From NCBI GenBank assembly GCA_011391785.1, contig JAABPW010000325.1, positions 1-52,238 of the forward strand: DNA of 52,238 nucleotides, in the 5' to 3' direction. The notes below the pieces were generated by a model, which had not been told where the DNA came from, made no database searches, and saw only the letters and a program-made list of their open reading frames with translations. Each line of letters opens with the position of its first letter. The stretch's first letter is position 1. Position numbers and translations under genes: made by a program. Positions 8,701 through 19,400 of the stretch are shown here, piece by piece. Source of the DNA: Verrucomicrobiota bacterium (GTDB lineage Bacteria; Verrucomicrobiota; Kiritimatiellia; CAIKKV01; CAITUY01).

Positions 8701-9816
8701 CTATTTCAAACGCCAGGTGAGCCAGCCGCCGATTCCCAGGAAGGTCAGGTTGGGCATCCAGCCGGCCAGCCAGGGCGCGAGAATCTCCCGCTTACCCAGG
8801 ATCATGCCCCCCTGCACCAGGAAATAATAGCCGAACAGGGCCACCACCCCGAAGGCGACACTGCGCATGGCCGGTTGCCGTGCCCCTCCTGCCGTGGCTG
8901 GCAGGCCCAGCAGGATCAATACCAGACACGCCCAAGGCCAGGCCACCCGGCAATGAATATCCACCAGGCGCTTTGACAGCCAGGGGCCGGTAGCATGCTG
9001 ACGGGTTCGGATGGAACGGATCATATCGCTGGTTGCCATCAAATCGGTGTCCTTGAGCTCATTCTCAAAATCTTCAGGCCGCTCGACATAATCGGGCATT
9101 TCAACCGGACGCTCCGCCACTTCACTCACGGGGCCGACCGGGTCGCTGCGGTCGTCGAAATCACGCCTTTGAAGCCCGTAGAACCACCAGGCTCCGTCCA
9201 ACCACTCGGCCCGGTCCGCGGTAATTTCCATGGCCAGCGATCCATTGGGCCGCTCGTGCAGCACCCTCACCCCCTTCACCCGGCTGGGAGTACGCACATC
9301 CATTTCCTTGATCACCCATTGCCGGCGCGCCTTTCCGGCATAATAAATATAATCCCTCACCACGAAGGAGGAATCCTTTGAACGCTTCAGCACCTGCTTG
9401 GTGTATTGATTGATCCAGCGCGTCGCCTGGGGCCCCAGGGTTTCCTGTACCACGGCGCCGAACAGGCTGGCGCATAGCCCGACGGCCAAAAGGGGCACCA
9501 TCATCCGCCGCTGGCTCACCCCGCTGGCGCTCATCGCCGTGAGCTCATTGTGGCGGGCGAACATGGTGAGGGTATACAGCGTGGCCAACAACAGGACAAT
9601 CGGAAGCACCACCACAATGAAGGGGACAAATCCGTTCACCTTGAAAAGGTAATACCCGTAATAGATCAGGATATCCGTCCACGCCGCCTTCACTTCCATG
9701 AAATCGTCAAAGCGATCGAACAGATCCAGCACGATGAACAGCAGACTGAACGCCGCCATCACATACCCGAAGGGAATCAGGTACTGCTTCAATATGTATT
9801 TATCGATAATCTTCAT
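8701..9816 (-). CDS. LptF/LptG (YjgP/YjgQ) family LPS export permease
   Basis: MKIIDKYILKQY start, ARHNELTAMSASGVS motif, 3 TM + periplasmic domain + 3 TM, LAGWMPN C-terminus. Confidence 0.92.
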   Translation of the reverse strand: MKIIDKYILKQYLIPFGYVMAAFSLLFIVLDLFDRFDDFMEVKAAWTDILIYYGYYLFKVNGFVPFIVVVLPIVLLLATLYTLTMFARHNELTAMSASGVSQRRMMVPLLAVGLCASLFGAVVQETLGPQATRWINQYTKQVLKRSKDSSFVVRDYIYYAGKARRQWVIKEMDVRTPSRVKGVRVLHERPNGSLAMEITADRAEWLDGAWWFYGLQRRDFDDRSDPVGPVSEVAERPVEMPDYVERPEDFENELKDTDLMATSDMIRSIRTRQHATGPWLSKRLVDIHCRVAWPWACLVLILLGLPATAGGARQPAMRSVAFGVVALFGYYFLVQGGMILGKREILAPWLAGWMPNLTFLGIGGWLTWRLK

Positions 9817-9838
9817 GGCTTGTGTCGGAAAAAGGTAG

Positions 9839-9868
9839 ACTTTAGCCGAGCCGCCCCTCTTCCGTCAA
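9839..9868 (-). promoter_or_regulatory. Putative sigma70 promoter for lptF/G
   Basis: TTGACG-N18-TAAAGT on the minus strand, ~22 nt before the ATG. Confidence 0.5.
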
Positions 9869-9879
9869 TGGCAACACCA

Positions 9880-9898
9880 TCCCCTCTTCCCGCTTCCC
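9880..9898 (+). repeat. 19-bp direct repeat, left copy (TCCCCTCTTCCCGCTTCCC)
   Basis: Identical to 20268-20286 upstream of murC. Confidence 0.85.
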
Positions 9899-9899
9899 T

Positions 9900-9978
9900 C
9901 GGAGGTAGTCGAATGGGTTCGCCTCATGGATCGCGACAACCGGATGTGTGTCATAAAGCGGAGCGACCTTGATTTCTC
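9900..9978 (+). pseudogene. 79-bp orphan copy of an internal murB-domain segment (matches 22194-22272)
   Basis: 76/79 identity; the differences TGT/TGC, ATA/ATC and CTT/CTC are all synonymous in the murB frame. Confidence 0.9.
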
Positions 9979-10038
9979 GCGGCTTTGCCCTCGACATCTT
10001 TCGTGGGGGAGGGCGGGATCACAGCGTAACCAATCCGG

Positions 10039-13000
10039 TTACTGGACTCGAATGCGGTAAAATGCAGGGCTGATCCCTTTTGCCGTAATGTCGGTTGCCG
10101 TATTCATCGGGGCCACCGCCGCAACATTGGAGAAAACAGTTGTATTGAATGTTCCTGTCAGCAGGTTGGTTTCCCGTTGCACGGAGTAAGTGTGATCCGC
10201 CACGCTGGACCACCGAACGATCATTCCGTTTGTCGAGCCGGGCAGCGGGGTGATGCTGATGAGCTCCAGTCGAGATGCGGCGTTTGTCGGATCGGTTCCA
10301 GCCTGATACTCGCTTGAGTTGATGAATCCATCGGCATCGTTATCGCTGTTCGTCACCAGCCCGGTCATTGTGCGTGCGTAGTCCCATTCCCACCAATCCG
10401 GCAGGCCATCGGCATCCGAGTCCCAAACGTGGGGTATGAGTTCATGGGCGCCTATATCAACCCGCCCGTTCAACAGGCGCGGTTTACCCTCCCGATCGGT
10501 CCCTGTGCTCATCCACGCCTGATTTGTACCCGCGTCGATGCAGGGGGAATTGGTGGCCAGACGAACATCGCCGGCGGCGAGATCGCGGAACTTCGGAGCA
10601 TTCGTAATGTTACCGATGCCACCGGGATCGGGAGCGATATTGCACGCTCCAAAGGTGTCGCTGCCGCTGGTGAAGTAGTCGGGTGTCCCCGGCGGCGTGT
10701 TGTGGAAAAGGATGCAATTCAGCAGGCTACCGCCGCCGCTACTGGTCAGTCCGCTACCCGAATTGATGATGTAATCGACGTGATTCGTGGCAAGGGTGCA
10801 GCTTTCCAGACGGAATCCGGCCCCGTTCGCATAGATCCCGCCGCCGCGCATGGCCGCGCTATTCCGCGTAATCACGCAGTTGAAAGACGTGACGGCACCC
10901 ACCGTGTAGAGTCCCGCTCCATATTGCGCGGTATTGTCCCGCAGAGTACACGCCGCGATCGCACCGCCATTGAGATACCCGCCTCCGCCATTCTGGGCCG
11001 TGTTGCCACTGATCGTGCAGTTGGTTGCTAATCCAGCTCCATCAATGTACAGGCCGCCACCCTGCACCGCGCCGTTGCCCACGACCAAGCAGTTGACCAA
11101 ATGGCCGAGGTTTAGATAAGCGCCGCCCCCGCCGATCAACCCGTTATAGCCATTCGTCAGGGTGAGATCCCGCACAACGCCCCCGCCCGTGACCTTCACG
11201 CAACGGTGGGCATAACTGCCATTAAGGACGGTCATGCCGGGGTCACCGCTGCCCCGCAGGGTCACCGGCAGGGTGATGAGTACCTCGCCGGCGGGACTGT
11301 GTATGCCGGCACAGACCAGAATGGTGTCATTGCCGCGGGCGGCATCAACGGCTGCTTGAATCTCGTGGGCGGCGCCGGACGGGTCCGCGTAGGGCCAGAC
11401 GTTGCCGGCTGCCGGATTGACGTGGTGCACCGGAGTCGTCTCGCTGGCACCCATGTCCACGCGCCCCTCCGACACCCGGGGAAATCCATCTACATCCACG
11501 GCGGCAAGCATCCAGTCCTGATTGGTGCCGGCATTAATCGCCGGTGAGTTGGTGGCAAGCCAGATCTCCCCGCCTGCGCCATGGATCAAAACCGGTTCAT
11601 TGGTGATGTTGCCATTGCCGCCGGGATTAACGGGCGTGCAGGAGAAACTCATCGGTGTGTCACGGAAATCAGCATCCTCCGGTGCCGTATTGAAATAGAT
11701 GATGGAGTTGGTGGCGGAGCCCAGAGTGATTCCGCCAGCGTAGGACTCGGACACGTTACTGACAACCGTGCAATTGCCCAGAATGGCCCCGTACGCACCG
11801 CCGCCCTGCCCAACCGAGACATTGCGCGTCACGCGACAGTCGACCAACACGCCATTTGCGGAGCCCCCTCCCGATCGGCTCCAGTTATTGTCAATGACCG
11901 ACTCATACGCCCAGGCATTATTCAGGCCACCCCCCTGCCGCTCGCCGCGGTTATCCGCGATGAGGCACCGGCGATAGACGCCCCCGGCGGCGCCGCCCCC
12001 GATATCGGAATGATTTCCGGTAATGATCCCGCGTTCCAGGGTGCAGTCACAGACACCTCCTCCATAGGCAAATTCACCGGCGGCCGTGTTGTTGCTGACG
12101 ATGGCATCGTACAGGGTCATCCGGCAGACTCCGCCGCCGCTCCCCCCTTCGGCAGTGTTTCCGGTCACCAGAAGGCTGTACGCGGTCCCGCTGTAGAAGT
12201 ACGCACCGCAGATCCCGCCCCCGTCAAGGTGGGCCAGGCAATCGGACACAATGCAGTTGGTCAGCGTTCCGCCCGAGGTATACACACCGCCCCCGGAGCG
12301 GTCGAGGGACACGTCGCCAGCCGTCAATGTGGCGCCGGACAGCACCGTAAATCCGTCGAGCACGGCCCCGCTTCCCAAGTACACGCCCCTCACGGCCGTC
12401 GCCCCAAGCGGACGCTGGCCGACGATCGTGGTCCGGGCGGGCCCATTCACGCTGCGCAGCGTGATGGCGTTCGTCACGCAAACCCGGTTCGTGAGGCTGG
12501 CGCCGGGAGTCGCACCACCGCCGGCAGAATAGACGCCATTCGAGACCAGTACCGTTTGCCCTTCCCAGGCGGCATCGACGGCATCCTGAATCGTCGGGGC
12601 GGCCGTGGCCCATGACCCGAAAGGCCAGGCCGGCACCGCGTTCGTGGCGACGTAATGGACGGGCACCAATTCATAAGCGCCCACATCGACGCGGTCACCG
12701 AAGATGCGGGGCGCACCGAGCACATCACGGGCCGTGGCCATCCACCCCAAGTTCGTGCCGCGATCCACACAAGGCGAATTACCCCACGGCCGCTCATCAC
12801 CCGCCAGGGGATTGCGCAGGCCGGGGTTATTCGTGAAGTTGCCCGGTCCCGCGGGCATGGGAACCGTACAGCACCAGGCCCAGTCGATGTTCCCGGCTCT
12901 GTTCGCGTAGTCGGGGTTGGCCGCCGAATTATCATACACGATGCAGTTGAGCAGGAACGCATTCGTCTCCGTGGCGCCGAGCTGGCTTCCACAGATCCCG

Positions 13001-15717
13001 CCGCCGACACCCGCCGACCAATTACTGACCACCGTGCAGTTCACTAGCGTTGCATAACAAGCACCGCCTCCCAGGATACCCGCCACGTTGCCATACAGAA
13101 CACTGGATACGACCTGCCCCGTATAGACACCGCCGCCATTCACAGCGACATTTCCGATCACCCTGCAGTTCGTGAGGCTTGATTCATAGCATCCGCCACC
13201 ATGTTGCGTGGCGCTGTTCCCCTGGACAAGGCAACGCAGCAGCGAGGAGGAAAAGGTCGCGCCACCATAGCTGGCGGTGTTACCCATAAGCGTGCAGTCG
13301 GTCAGCGTTGAGTAATCTCCTGCGCCTCCGGCCCGGGTGGCGGCATGGTTGTTCAGCAGGAGGCAGTTGTTGAGGGTACTGGAAGCGGCGCCCCCTTCTT
13401 CAGAACTTGATGAATTGCCCACCAGCAGGCAGTTTGTCAGCGTGCAGGCGTACACTCCGCCCGCCCAGCCCGACATGTTATTGGTGATTATGCAATGATC
13501 CAGCGAGGAGTCCTGAGCGCCACCATACATCGAGGCGGTATTGTCGGCAAGGGTGCTGCTGAGCAGGGAACAATACCGGGCCCCGCCCGCCCACCACGCG
13601 GAATTGCCCCGGATCGTGCAGTCCCGCACGGTGGCATTGGCGCAGCCGCCTCCGTAACCGAATGCCGAGTTAGAGATGATCTGGCAAGCCGTCAGGGTGC
13701 CACCGTACACGCCACCGCCATTGATGGCATCGCTCTGGCGCAGGACGCAATTAGTCAGGCGGCTGCCGGAAGCAAAAACCCCGCCGCCGCAGATATCGTC
13801 CTCGGGCAGGGATCCTCCCTGGCGGGTGCAGCCGTTGGACAACGTGAACCCGTAGAGCCGGGCATCATTGGTCAGGTAGGCGCAGCGGATGGCATTGTCA
13901 CCACGGGGCCCCATCCCCCCGATCACGGTCACGGCAGGCCCGTTGACGCTTCGCACCGAGATGCGCTGACCCACGAACACCCGGTTGGTCAGGAACGATC
14001 CGGGCGCCACGGCGCTGCCGTTGGTGTAGACACCGTTCGTCACGATCACATGGTCGTAGGGGATGCACACGTTCACGGCCGCCTGGATCGTCCGGGCCGC
14101 CATGGCCCAGTTCGTATAGGGGGGTGTATTGCCTCCCGTGAGGGATACATAGCGGACCGTTCCACCGGGCTCGGTCGTGCGAGTAACCTGCACCGTGCAG
14201 CTGCCGACAACCCCGTAGATATTGGTCCCGGCAACCACAATCGTGTTGTTGGTCACCGCCAGGGGAACCTCGGGTATCACCCAGGGCGTGACCGCGGCAA
14301 AGGAACCGCCTGCCTGCCCTGCGGCATTCGTCCACCACATGGTGCCCACCACAAACACATTGTTCGATCCGCTTACGCTCACCGCTTCGTCATCATTATT
14401 AAAGGTGGCCCCGTTGACCGGATTGGTGATGGTGACCACCGGGTCCCAACTCTCATAGGCCCCCATGTCCACGGTACCGTTACCGAGCCGCGGCCTGCCG
14501 TCCAAGTCAACGGCAGTGGACATCCATCCCTGGTTCACGCCAAGATCAATGCAGGGCGAATCGGGCCGGAGCCGAAAGTTTCGCTGCCCCGGCGCGACCA
14601 GCCGGGGATCGGTGGAGAGGCATCCCGCCCCCCCTCCGATGCCGGCAAGCGGCGTCGTGCAGGAATACAGGAACGTTCCCCTGTACCAGTTGGGGCTGGC
14701 GGGCGCCTCATTGTGGTAAATAATGGAATTGGTGACCCCGTTTCCCGCTTCCAACCATACCCCGCCGCCCTTGTTCGCCCGGTTGCTCACGACAGTGCAG
14801 TTGAGGAGCGTGCCTCCGTTCACACCGCCCCCGTCGTCACCCGCCTGGTTCCCTGCAAAAAGACAGCCAATAAACACCCCGCCCCAGGCTCCTCCTCCAA
14901 TGTTTGTCGCGGCATTGTCAATAACCTGGCAGTCCCGCAATTCGCAACTGACTGTGCCGCCTCCGGCCCAGTCCACCCGATTACTTGTGATCAGGCACCG
15001 GGTAAGGGTTGACGCGTAAGCACCCCCACCATAGTGCGCTGAACATCCGCTGATGATGGAATCATAGGCGGTAGAGCTCTCGCCAATACCCCCGCCGCTG
15101 CTGGACGCACGGTTGCCGACAACAAAACAGTTGTACAGAGTGCACGAATAGGTTCCCCCGCCCCCAATGGCGGAGCTGTTTTCAATGCGGCAGTCATGGA
15201 GCTCACACTCCGTCGCTCCGCCACCGATGTCAGCACTGCACCCTGTGATCACACAGTTGGAGAGTATGGCTGAACCCCACGCGGTATCGCCACGCACCCC
15301 GCCGCCCAGTCCGCCGGTGGTCGTGAACCCGTTTGTGAGCGTAAATCCGTGAAGCTGTGCGCCCCACCCGAGGTACGCACACCGCACGGCGCTGGCACCC
15401 ATTGGCCCCTCCCCAACGATAAAGGTCACCTCAGGCCCCCCCGTGCTCCGAATCATAACCGCACCGAGGTGCGCAATCCGGTTTTCGCTGGCAACCTTGC
15501 TGGTGGCATAGACGCCGTTGGTGACGAGGACCGTGTCGCCCAAACCGGAGGCATCCAAGGCAGACTGGATGTCGTGAAACGCGTTGGTCCAGTCCGTGCC
15601 GGGGCCATCGCTCGGGCTACTGGCCCAGACGTGCAACGTTGCGGCAGACGCCGCGATCGGACTGGATAAAATCCCCCAGCAGCACCATCCCACCAAAGCA
15701 AGACGACATGATTTCAT
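10039..15717 (-). CDS. Large secreted right-handed beta-helix repeat protein (~1890 aa) with four modules ending in choice-of-anchor-Q-like motifs and a DxDxDG-containing C-terminal domain
   Basis: Signal peptide after ATG 15717 (GGAG RBS upstream); GGG(A/V)..C.L..C.I..N.A repeats; four SP(C/A)(I/V)(D/N).G.N..WM....D..G.PR...G.VD.GA.E-type module ends; DSDADGLPDWWE and DNDADG motifs. Confidence 0.9.
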   Translation of the reverse strand: MKSCRLALVGWCCWGILSSPIAASAATLHVWASSPSDGPGTDWTNAFHDIQSALDASGLGDTVLVTNGVYATSKVASENRIAHLGAVMIRSTGGPEVTFIVGEGPMGASAVRCAYLGWGAQLHGFTLTNGFTTTGGLGGGVRGDTAWGSAILSNCVITGCSADIGGGATECELHDCRIENSSAIGGGGTYSCTLYNCFVVGNRASSSGGGIGESSTAYDSIISGCSAHYGGGAYASTLTRCLITSNRVDWAGGGTVSCELRDCQVIDNAATNIGGGAWGGVFIGCLFAGNQAGDDGGGVNGGTLLNCTVVSNRANKGGGVWLEAGNGVTNSIIYHNEAPASPNWYRGTFLYSCTTPLAGIGGGAGCLSTDPRLVAPGQRNFRLRPDSPCIDLGVNQGWMSTAVDLDGRPRLGNGTVDMGAYESWDPVVTITNPVNGATFNNDDEAVSVSGSNNVFVVGTMWWTNAAGQAGGSFAAVTPWVIPEVPLAVTNNTIVVAGTNIYGVVGSCTVQVTRTTEPGGTVRYVSLTGGNTPPYTNWAMAARTIQAAVNVCIPYDHVIVTNGVYTNGSAVAPGSFLTNRVFVGQRISVRSVNGPAVTVIGGMGPRGDNAIRCAYLTNDARLYGFTLSNGCTRQGGSLPEDDICGGGVFASGSRLTNCVLRQSDAINGGGVYGGTLTACQIISNSAFGYGGGCANATVRDCTIRGNSAWWAGGARYCSLLSSTLADNTASMYGGAQDSSLDHCIITNNMSGWAGGVYACTLTNCLLVGNSSSSEEGGAASSTLNNCLLLNNHAATRAGGAGDYSTLTDCTLMGNTASYGGATFSSSLLRCLVQGNSATQHGGGCYESSLTNCRVIGNVAVNGGGVYTGQVVSSVLYGNVAGILGGGACYATLVNCTVVSNWSAGVGGGICGSQLGATETNAFLLNCIVYDNSAANPDYANRAGNIDWAWCCTVPMPAGPGNFTNNPGLRNPLAGDERPWGNSPCVDRGTNLGWMATARDVLGAPRIFGDRVDVGAYELVPVHYVATNAVPAWPFGSWATAAPTIQDAVDAAWEGQTVLVSNGVYSAGGGATPGASLTNRVCVTNAITLRSVNGPARTTIVGQRPLGATAVRGVYLGSGAVLDGFTVLSGATLTAGDVSLDRSGGGVYTSGGTLTNCIVSDCLAHLDGGGICGAYFYSGTAYSLLVTGNTAEGGSGGGVCRMTLYDAIVSNNTAAGEFAYGGGVCDCTLERGIITGNHSDIGGGAAGGVYRRCLIADNRGERQGGGLNNAWAYESVIDNNWSRSGGGSANGVLVDCRVTRNVSVGQGGGAYGAILGNCTVVSNVSESYAGGITLGSATNSIIYFNTAPEDADFRDTPMSFSCTPVNPGGNGNITNEPVLIHGAGGEIWLATNSPAINAGTNQDWMLAAVDVDGFPRVSEGRVDMGASETTPVHHVNPAAGNVWPYADPSGAAHEIQAAVDAARGNDTILVCAGIHSPAGEVLITLPVTLRGSGDPGMTVLNGSYAHRCVKVTGGGVVRDLTLTNGYNGLIGGGGAYLNLGHLVNCLVVGNGAVQGGGLYIDGAGLATNCTISGNTAQNGGGGYLNGGAIAACTLRDNTAQYGAGLYTVGAVTSFNCVITRNSAAMRGGGIYANGAGFRLESCTLATNHVDYIINSGSGLTSSGGGSLLNCILFHNTPPGTPDYFTSGSDTFGACNIAPDPGGIGNITNAPKFRDLAAGDVRLATNSPCIDAGTNQAWMSTGTDREGKPRLLNGRVDIGAHELIPHVWDSDADGLPDWWEWDYARTMTGLVTNSDNDADGFINSSEYQAGTDPTNAASRLELISITPLPGSTNGMIVRWSSVADHTYSVQRETNLLTGTFNTTVFSNVAAVAPMNTATDITAKGISPAFYRIRVQ

Positions 15718-15943
15718 AGTCACTTCTCCAGTTATAAGAATAGCCGCTACATCTACGCGAAGAGTATCAATGCAGAGGGGGTTGAACAAGTCTTTCCTGT
15801 AGGACCTGAACACCCCTTTTGCTTGATTTGCATGCACACTGCATAATTATCTTTCTTCAATTCTGAAAAACATCACACCTTCCCGGCCGAAATGAAAAAG
15901 CAAGATCACCGATGCAGAGACAGACCGGTCTCCCCGCGGTAGT

Positions 15944-16330
15944 TCATTCGTTCGCGTACGCCATCACGGGTTCGGTGTCGTAGTCCGGGAGTGGGGTATC
16001 GAGCAAAGGCTCGATACCCCATCCACCAGGTGCCGAGGCAGGCGGGCCTGTGGTTGGACTCACCCCTACCCCTTGTTCCCACAATCCGAGGTGTCGAAGG
16101 ATACGTTCGATGACTGCCCGTTCATCAATCAACGCCACAATCCGCATCTCGTGCGTACAGCGCGGGCACAGGAGAGGATCGGCTTCCCACACCTTCTTGA
16201 TCAGTTCCCGCCACTTGGCTGACGGGATGCAGCGGGGTTTGTAGTCGGAGACATCCATCACTTGGACGGCATTGACCGCCATGGCCTCGGCCTCCTCGGC
16301 GGCCCGCTTGTCGCGTTGGCCGCGCATCTT
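15944..16330 (-). mobile_element. IS91-family (rolling-circle) transposase remnant, C-terminal ~128 aa only
   Basis: KMRGQR...WRELIKKVWEADPLLCPRCTHEMRIVALID..VIERILRHLGL...GPP resembles the C-terminus of IS91-type transposases; the N-terminal catalytic part is missing. Confidence 0.75.
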
Positions 16331-16414
16331 AAATGATGGGCCCGCCGGGCTGTTTGATTCTCGTTCCACTCCGCAGTACTTGATGTTTTGAGGGTGATTT
16401 GGCACGCTCACGCC

Positions 16415-19400
16415 ATGAAAACATTTCTCGTCGCGGTTCTGTCTCTCGTGTTCCTGACTGCGCCATATGTCCAGGCCGATGACATCAAGGTCTGGCCGGT
16501 TTTCTACCAGAATACCGATCCTGAAACCCACACTGCCCGGACGGAGTTCCTCTGGCCGTTGTACGTGCGGGAGACAACGTCGGCCTACACTGCAAACCAA
16601 TTCCTGAGCTTCCCCCAGTCCTTTCCGGAGGAGTATCCCCACCAATTCTATTTCCTCTGGCCGCTCAGCGGGCTCAGGACAGGCGCGGGGCATGACGCCT
16701 GGCTTTTCCCTCTGTTGTGGAGCGGTGCCGAGCAAGGGGGAAGTGATCATTACTTCGCCTTATTTCCCGCTTTCTATTACGGAAAGGACGGGAAGGCGAC
16801 TACCCTTAACATCGCCCTGTTGCAACACAATCATTGGGATGCGAAGGGGGCCGGCCATTATCTCTTTCCACTGTTCTGGAATTCATGGGAGTCGTGGGGT
16901 ACCAGTGCTGAGCGTTCTTTCGGACTCTTGCCTCTTTTCTGGATGAACAGGAGTCAAAACAACGACAGTAAGCACCAGTCCCGTTCGCGTTCCGGGGGCG
17001 CACTGCTCCTCAACTGGTGGAGCAGGCGGAGTGCGACCAATTCGACCGGCAATGGCATCAGTATTTCCGAGAGCGCCTCCGAAAATCTTTTCCCTGTTTT
17101 CCGCCGTGCCCGATCCTCGACGACATCATTCATATCCGGGGCCGGGGATCACTTCAGGGATTCCCTGTGGATCATTCCCTACTGGCAGTCGCATATAACC
17201 ATCACTAACAGTCATGAGACTGTTTTGGAATCCCGTCACCGGTTTTTTCCATTCTACTGGGACTGGAACGAGACGAGGGGTCGAAAAGGGGAGAGCGGAC
17301 GGGCTTTGCTCCCTCTCTGGTGGCATTCCGCCACTCTTGAAGGCGGTGAGTTGGCCGAGTCAGCCGATTTCCTTCTTCCCATCGGCGCCCACTTCTACAA
17401 GAAGGGCGAGTATGATACACGGAATATCCTGGGTCCCATGTTCAATCGAACGGAGAATACCCGGACCAAAACGGTGCGTTATGACGCCTTCTTTCCGTTT
17501 TTCTCACTCACGCGCGGGGAGTCTGAATCGGGTGGACATATTTTCCCGCTGGCGGGATGGAATACGGAGCGGGGCCGGCATGACAACCTCTGGTACGGCT
17601 TTCCACTGGGCTGGGATTGCGAGTCGCAGGAAGCCTTCGATTACCGGATGAGTCGTCCGCAATTCTTCGCCCTGCACGAGTTGGAGACCCGTCCGGCTGT
17701 GTCAGAAACCGATTGCCGCAAAGGCCCGCGTCGTACGGTTGCCTTCTACCCGTTCTTCTGGTCAAAAAGGCAGGCCGACGAACAGCATCACGGATTCCTC
17801 CCGTTCTATTGGCGCAACAGCCTGCGATACGGGCGGTCCCTCTGCGACCATACGGTTCTGCCGTTTCTTCTAGGTGATTACAGAACCGTGTATCGCGACG
17901 ACCTTCCCGTTTCTTCGCAACAGAACTGCCTTCTCTCCCTGATTTCAAACGGGCGGGGTCCCGACTCCCGAAATTGGCGACTCTTCCCGTTGTTTTCATA
18001 TGACCGGTCCAGTGGCTCGCTGGATTATTCGTCCTTCATCCTGCCCTTCTCCTATCACTCGTGGCGCGACCCCGAACGTCCCGATGGCGCCCGTTCATCC
18101 GAGTTATCGATTCCCTTCTCGTTCCTTCCGTTGTTCCGGAGCGCGTCCAGTCAAAGTGGATCGACGAATGGTACTCGGAAGAGCTGGTTTTTCCCGTTCT
18201 ACAAACGGGAGACTCTATCCGGATCGGAAGGGGATTTTTCCAAGCTCTCGATTCTTTGGCCGCTGTGGAACGGGGAATGGGTGAACGGGGAAACCCATAT
18301 CCGCGGGCTTGGTGGCGTAATGAACTACTATGAGCGGGATGCAGAAGGATTTGTCGAACAGCGCCTCCTTTACCGGGTCTTTACCCGGCGAACACGCAGT
18401 TGGTTCAACGAGCACGAATTCATGCCCCTGTTCGCCCGATCATCACGCGAAGATGGCTCATCCTCGTGGGGATTTCTGGGCGGGCTGCTTGGTGGCGGGA
18501 GCGACGGCACCCGGAACTACCTGCGTCTGCTGTATCTGAAGATTCCCACCCGCGCCGTTCCTCCGGTTACGGCGGAGACGCTTGCCGCCGGCCAGAAGCG
18601 GCATGCCGAACTGGCCCTCCATTACCTGCAACATGACCGACATGACCGGGCCGCAATCGAGTTTACTCTGGCGGGGAACGCCTATGCCGACGATGCGGCT
18701 TTCCAGCTTGCCGCCGGGGAGGCCTACATGAAGGCCCAGCCCGATGCGCTGGGCAAGGAATTGCGATCGAGTCTACCCAAGTCGCTCGATCCGATCTATG
18801 GGCGGTCGAACAGCGGTAATCTCAACAGTATCCAGCGGAACCTGCAGACCCTCGCCATCAGTCGTTTCGAGGAGGCCATCAGGCTGGGGGCCGACAAGCC
18901 TTCGACCCTGGTGAAACTGGCGGAAGCCTACACCGCGCTCGGAATCGATGCCGAGGCGCTGAAGCGCCTGGAGGAATCGGATCGGCTCCATCCCGCTTTC
19001 GCCACGGCCATGATGCGATTGAATACGGCAAAAGCCATCTGGAGTAGCTTCATCCACTCCGCGAAAACCAACGCGCTGGGGGGGCAGGCGGCCGAGGACT
19101 CGGTGAACTCCACCTTGAAGGAATTGAAAGCCCGTTATCCACGCTCACCGTCCCTCGCGCTTGCGGAAGGCGCATGGATCATGAGCGAAGCGAATCCGAA
19201 AAGCTATTGGTCTAATGGGGATGACTTCGGGTATCTCTATGATAACTGGGAGTATTCCCTCGTGAACGACGTGTTTTCGCCCGGGAACCGCAAGCGGCTC
19301 GAGCTCTACCGGCAAGGGGCGGAGTGGACGCCAGGGGTCGAGGAGGTAGCGTGGTTGAGTACCCGCCAGCCGCGCCCGCGTCCCCGTGGACTCTGGATGT

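Noticed and set aside
9900-9978. murB copy as a DGR template/variable repeat pair
   Set aside because: Mismatches are not confined to adenines on one strand, all are synonymous, and no reverse transcriptase is present
9880-9978. Repeat plus self-matching segment as a CRISPR unit
   Set aside because: Only two copies of the 19-mer, 10 kb apart; no array periodicity and no cas genes
10429-15012. Long plus-strand ORFs opposite the giant gene (e.g. 13495..15012), and similar antisense ORFs such as 36583..38004 and 28862..29914
   Set aside because: Shadow ORFs expected in GC-rich coding DNA; no recognisable motifs
16331-16750. N-terminal half of ORF 15944..16750
   Set aside because: Mostly antisense to the real 16415-20200 gene; transposase-like sequence begins only at about 16330
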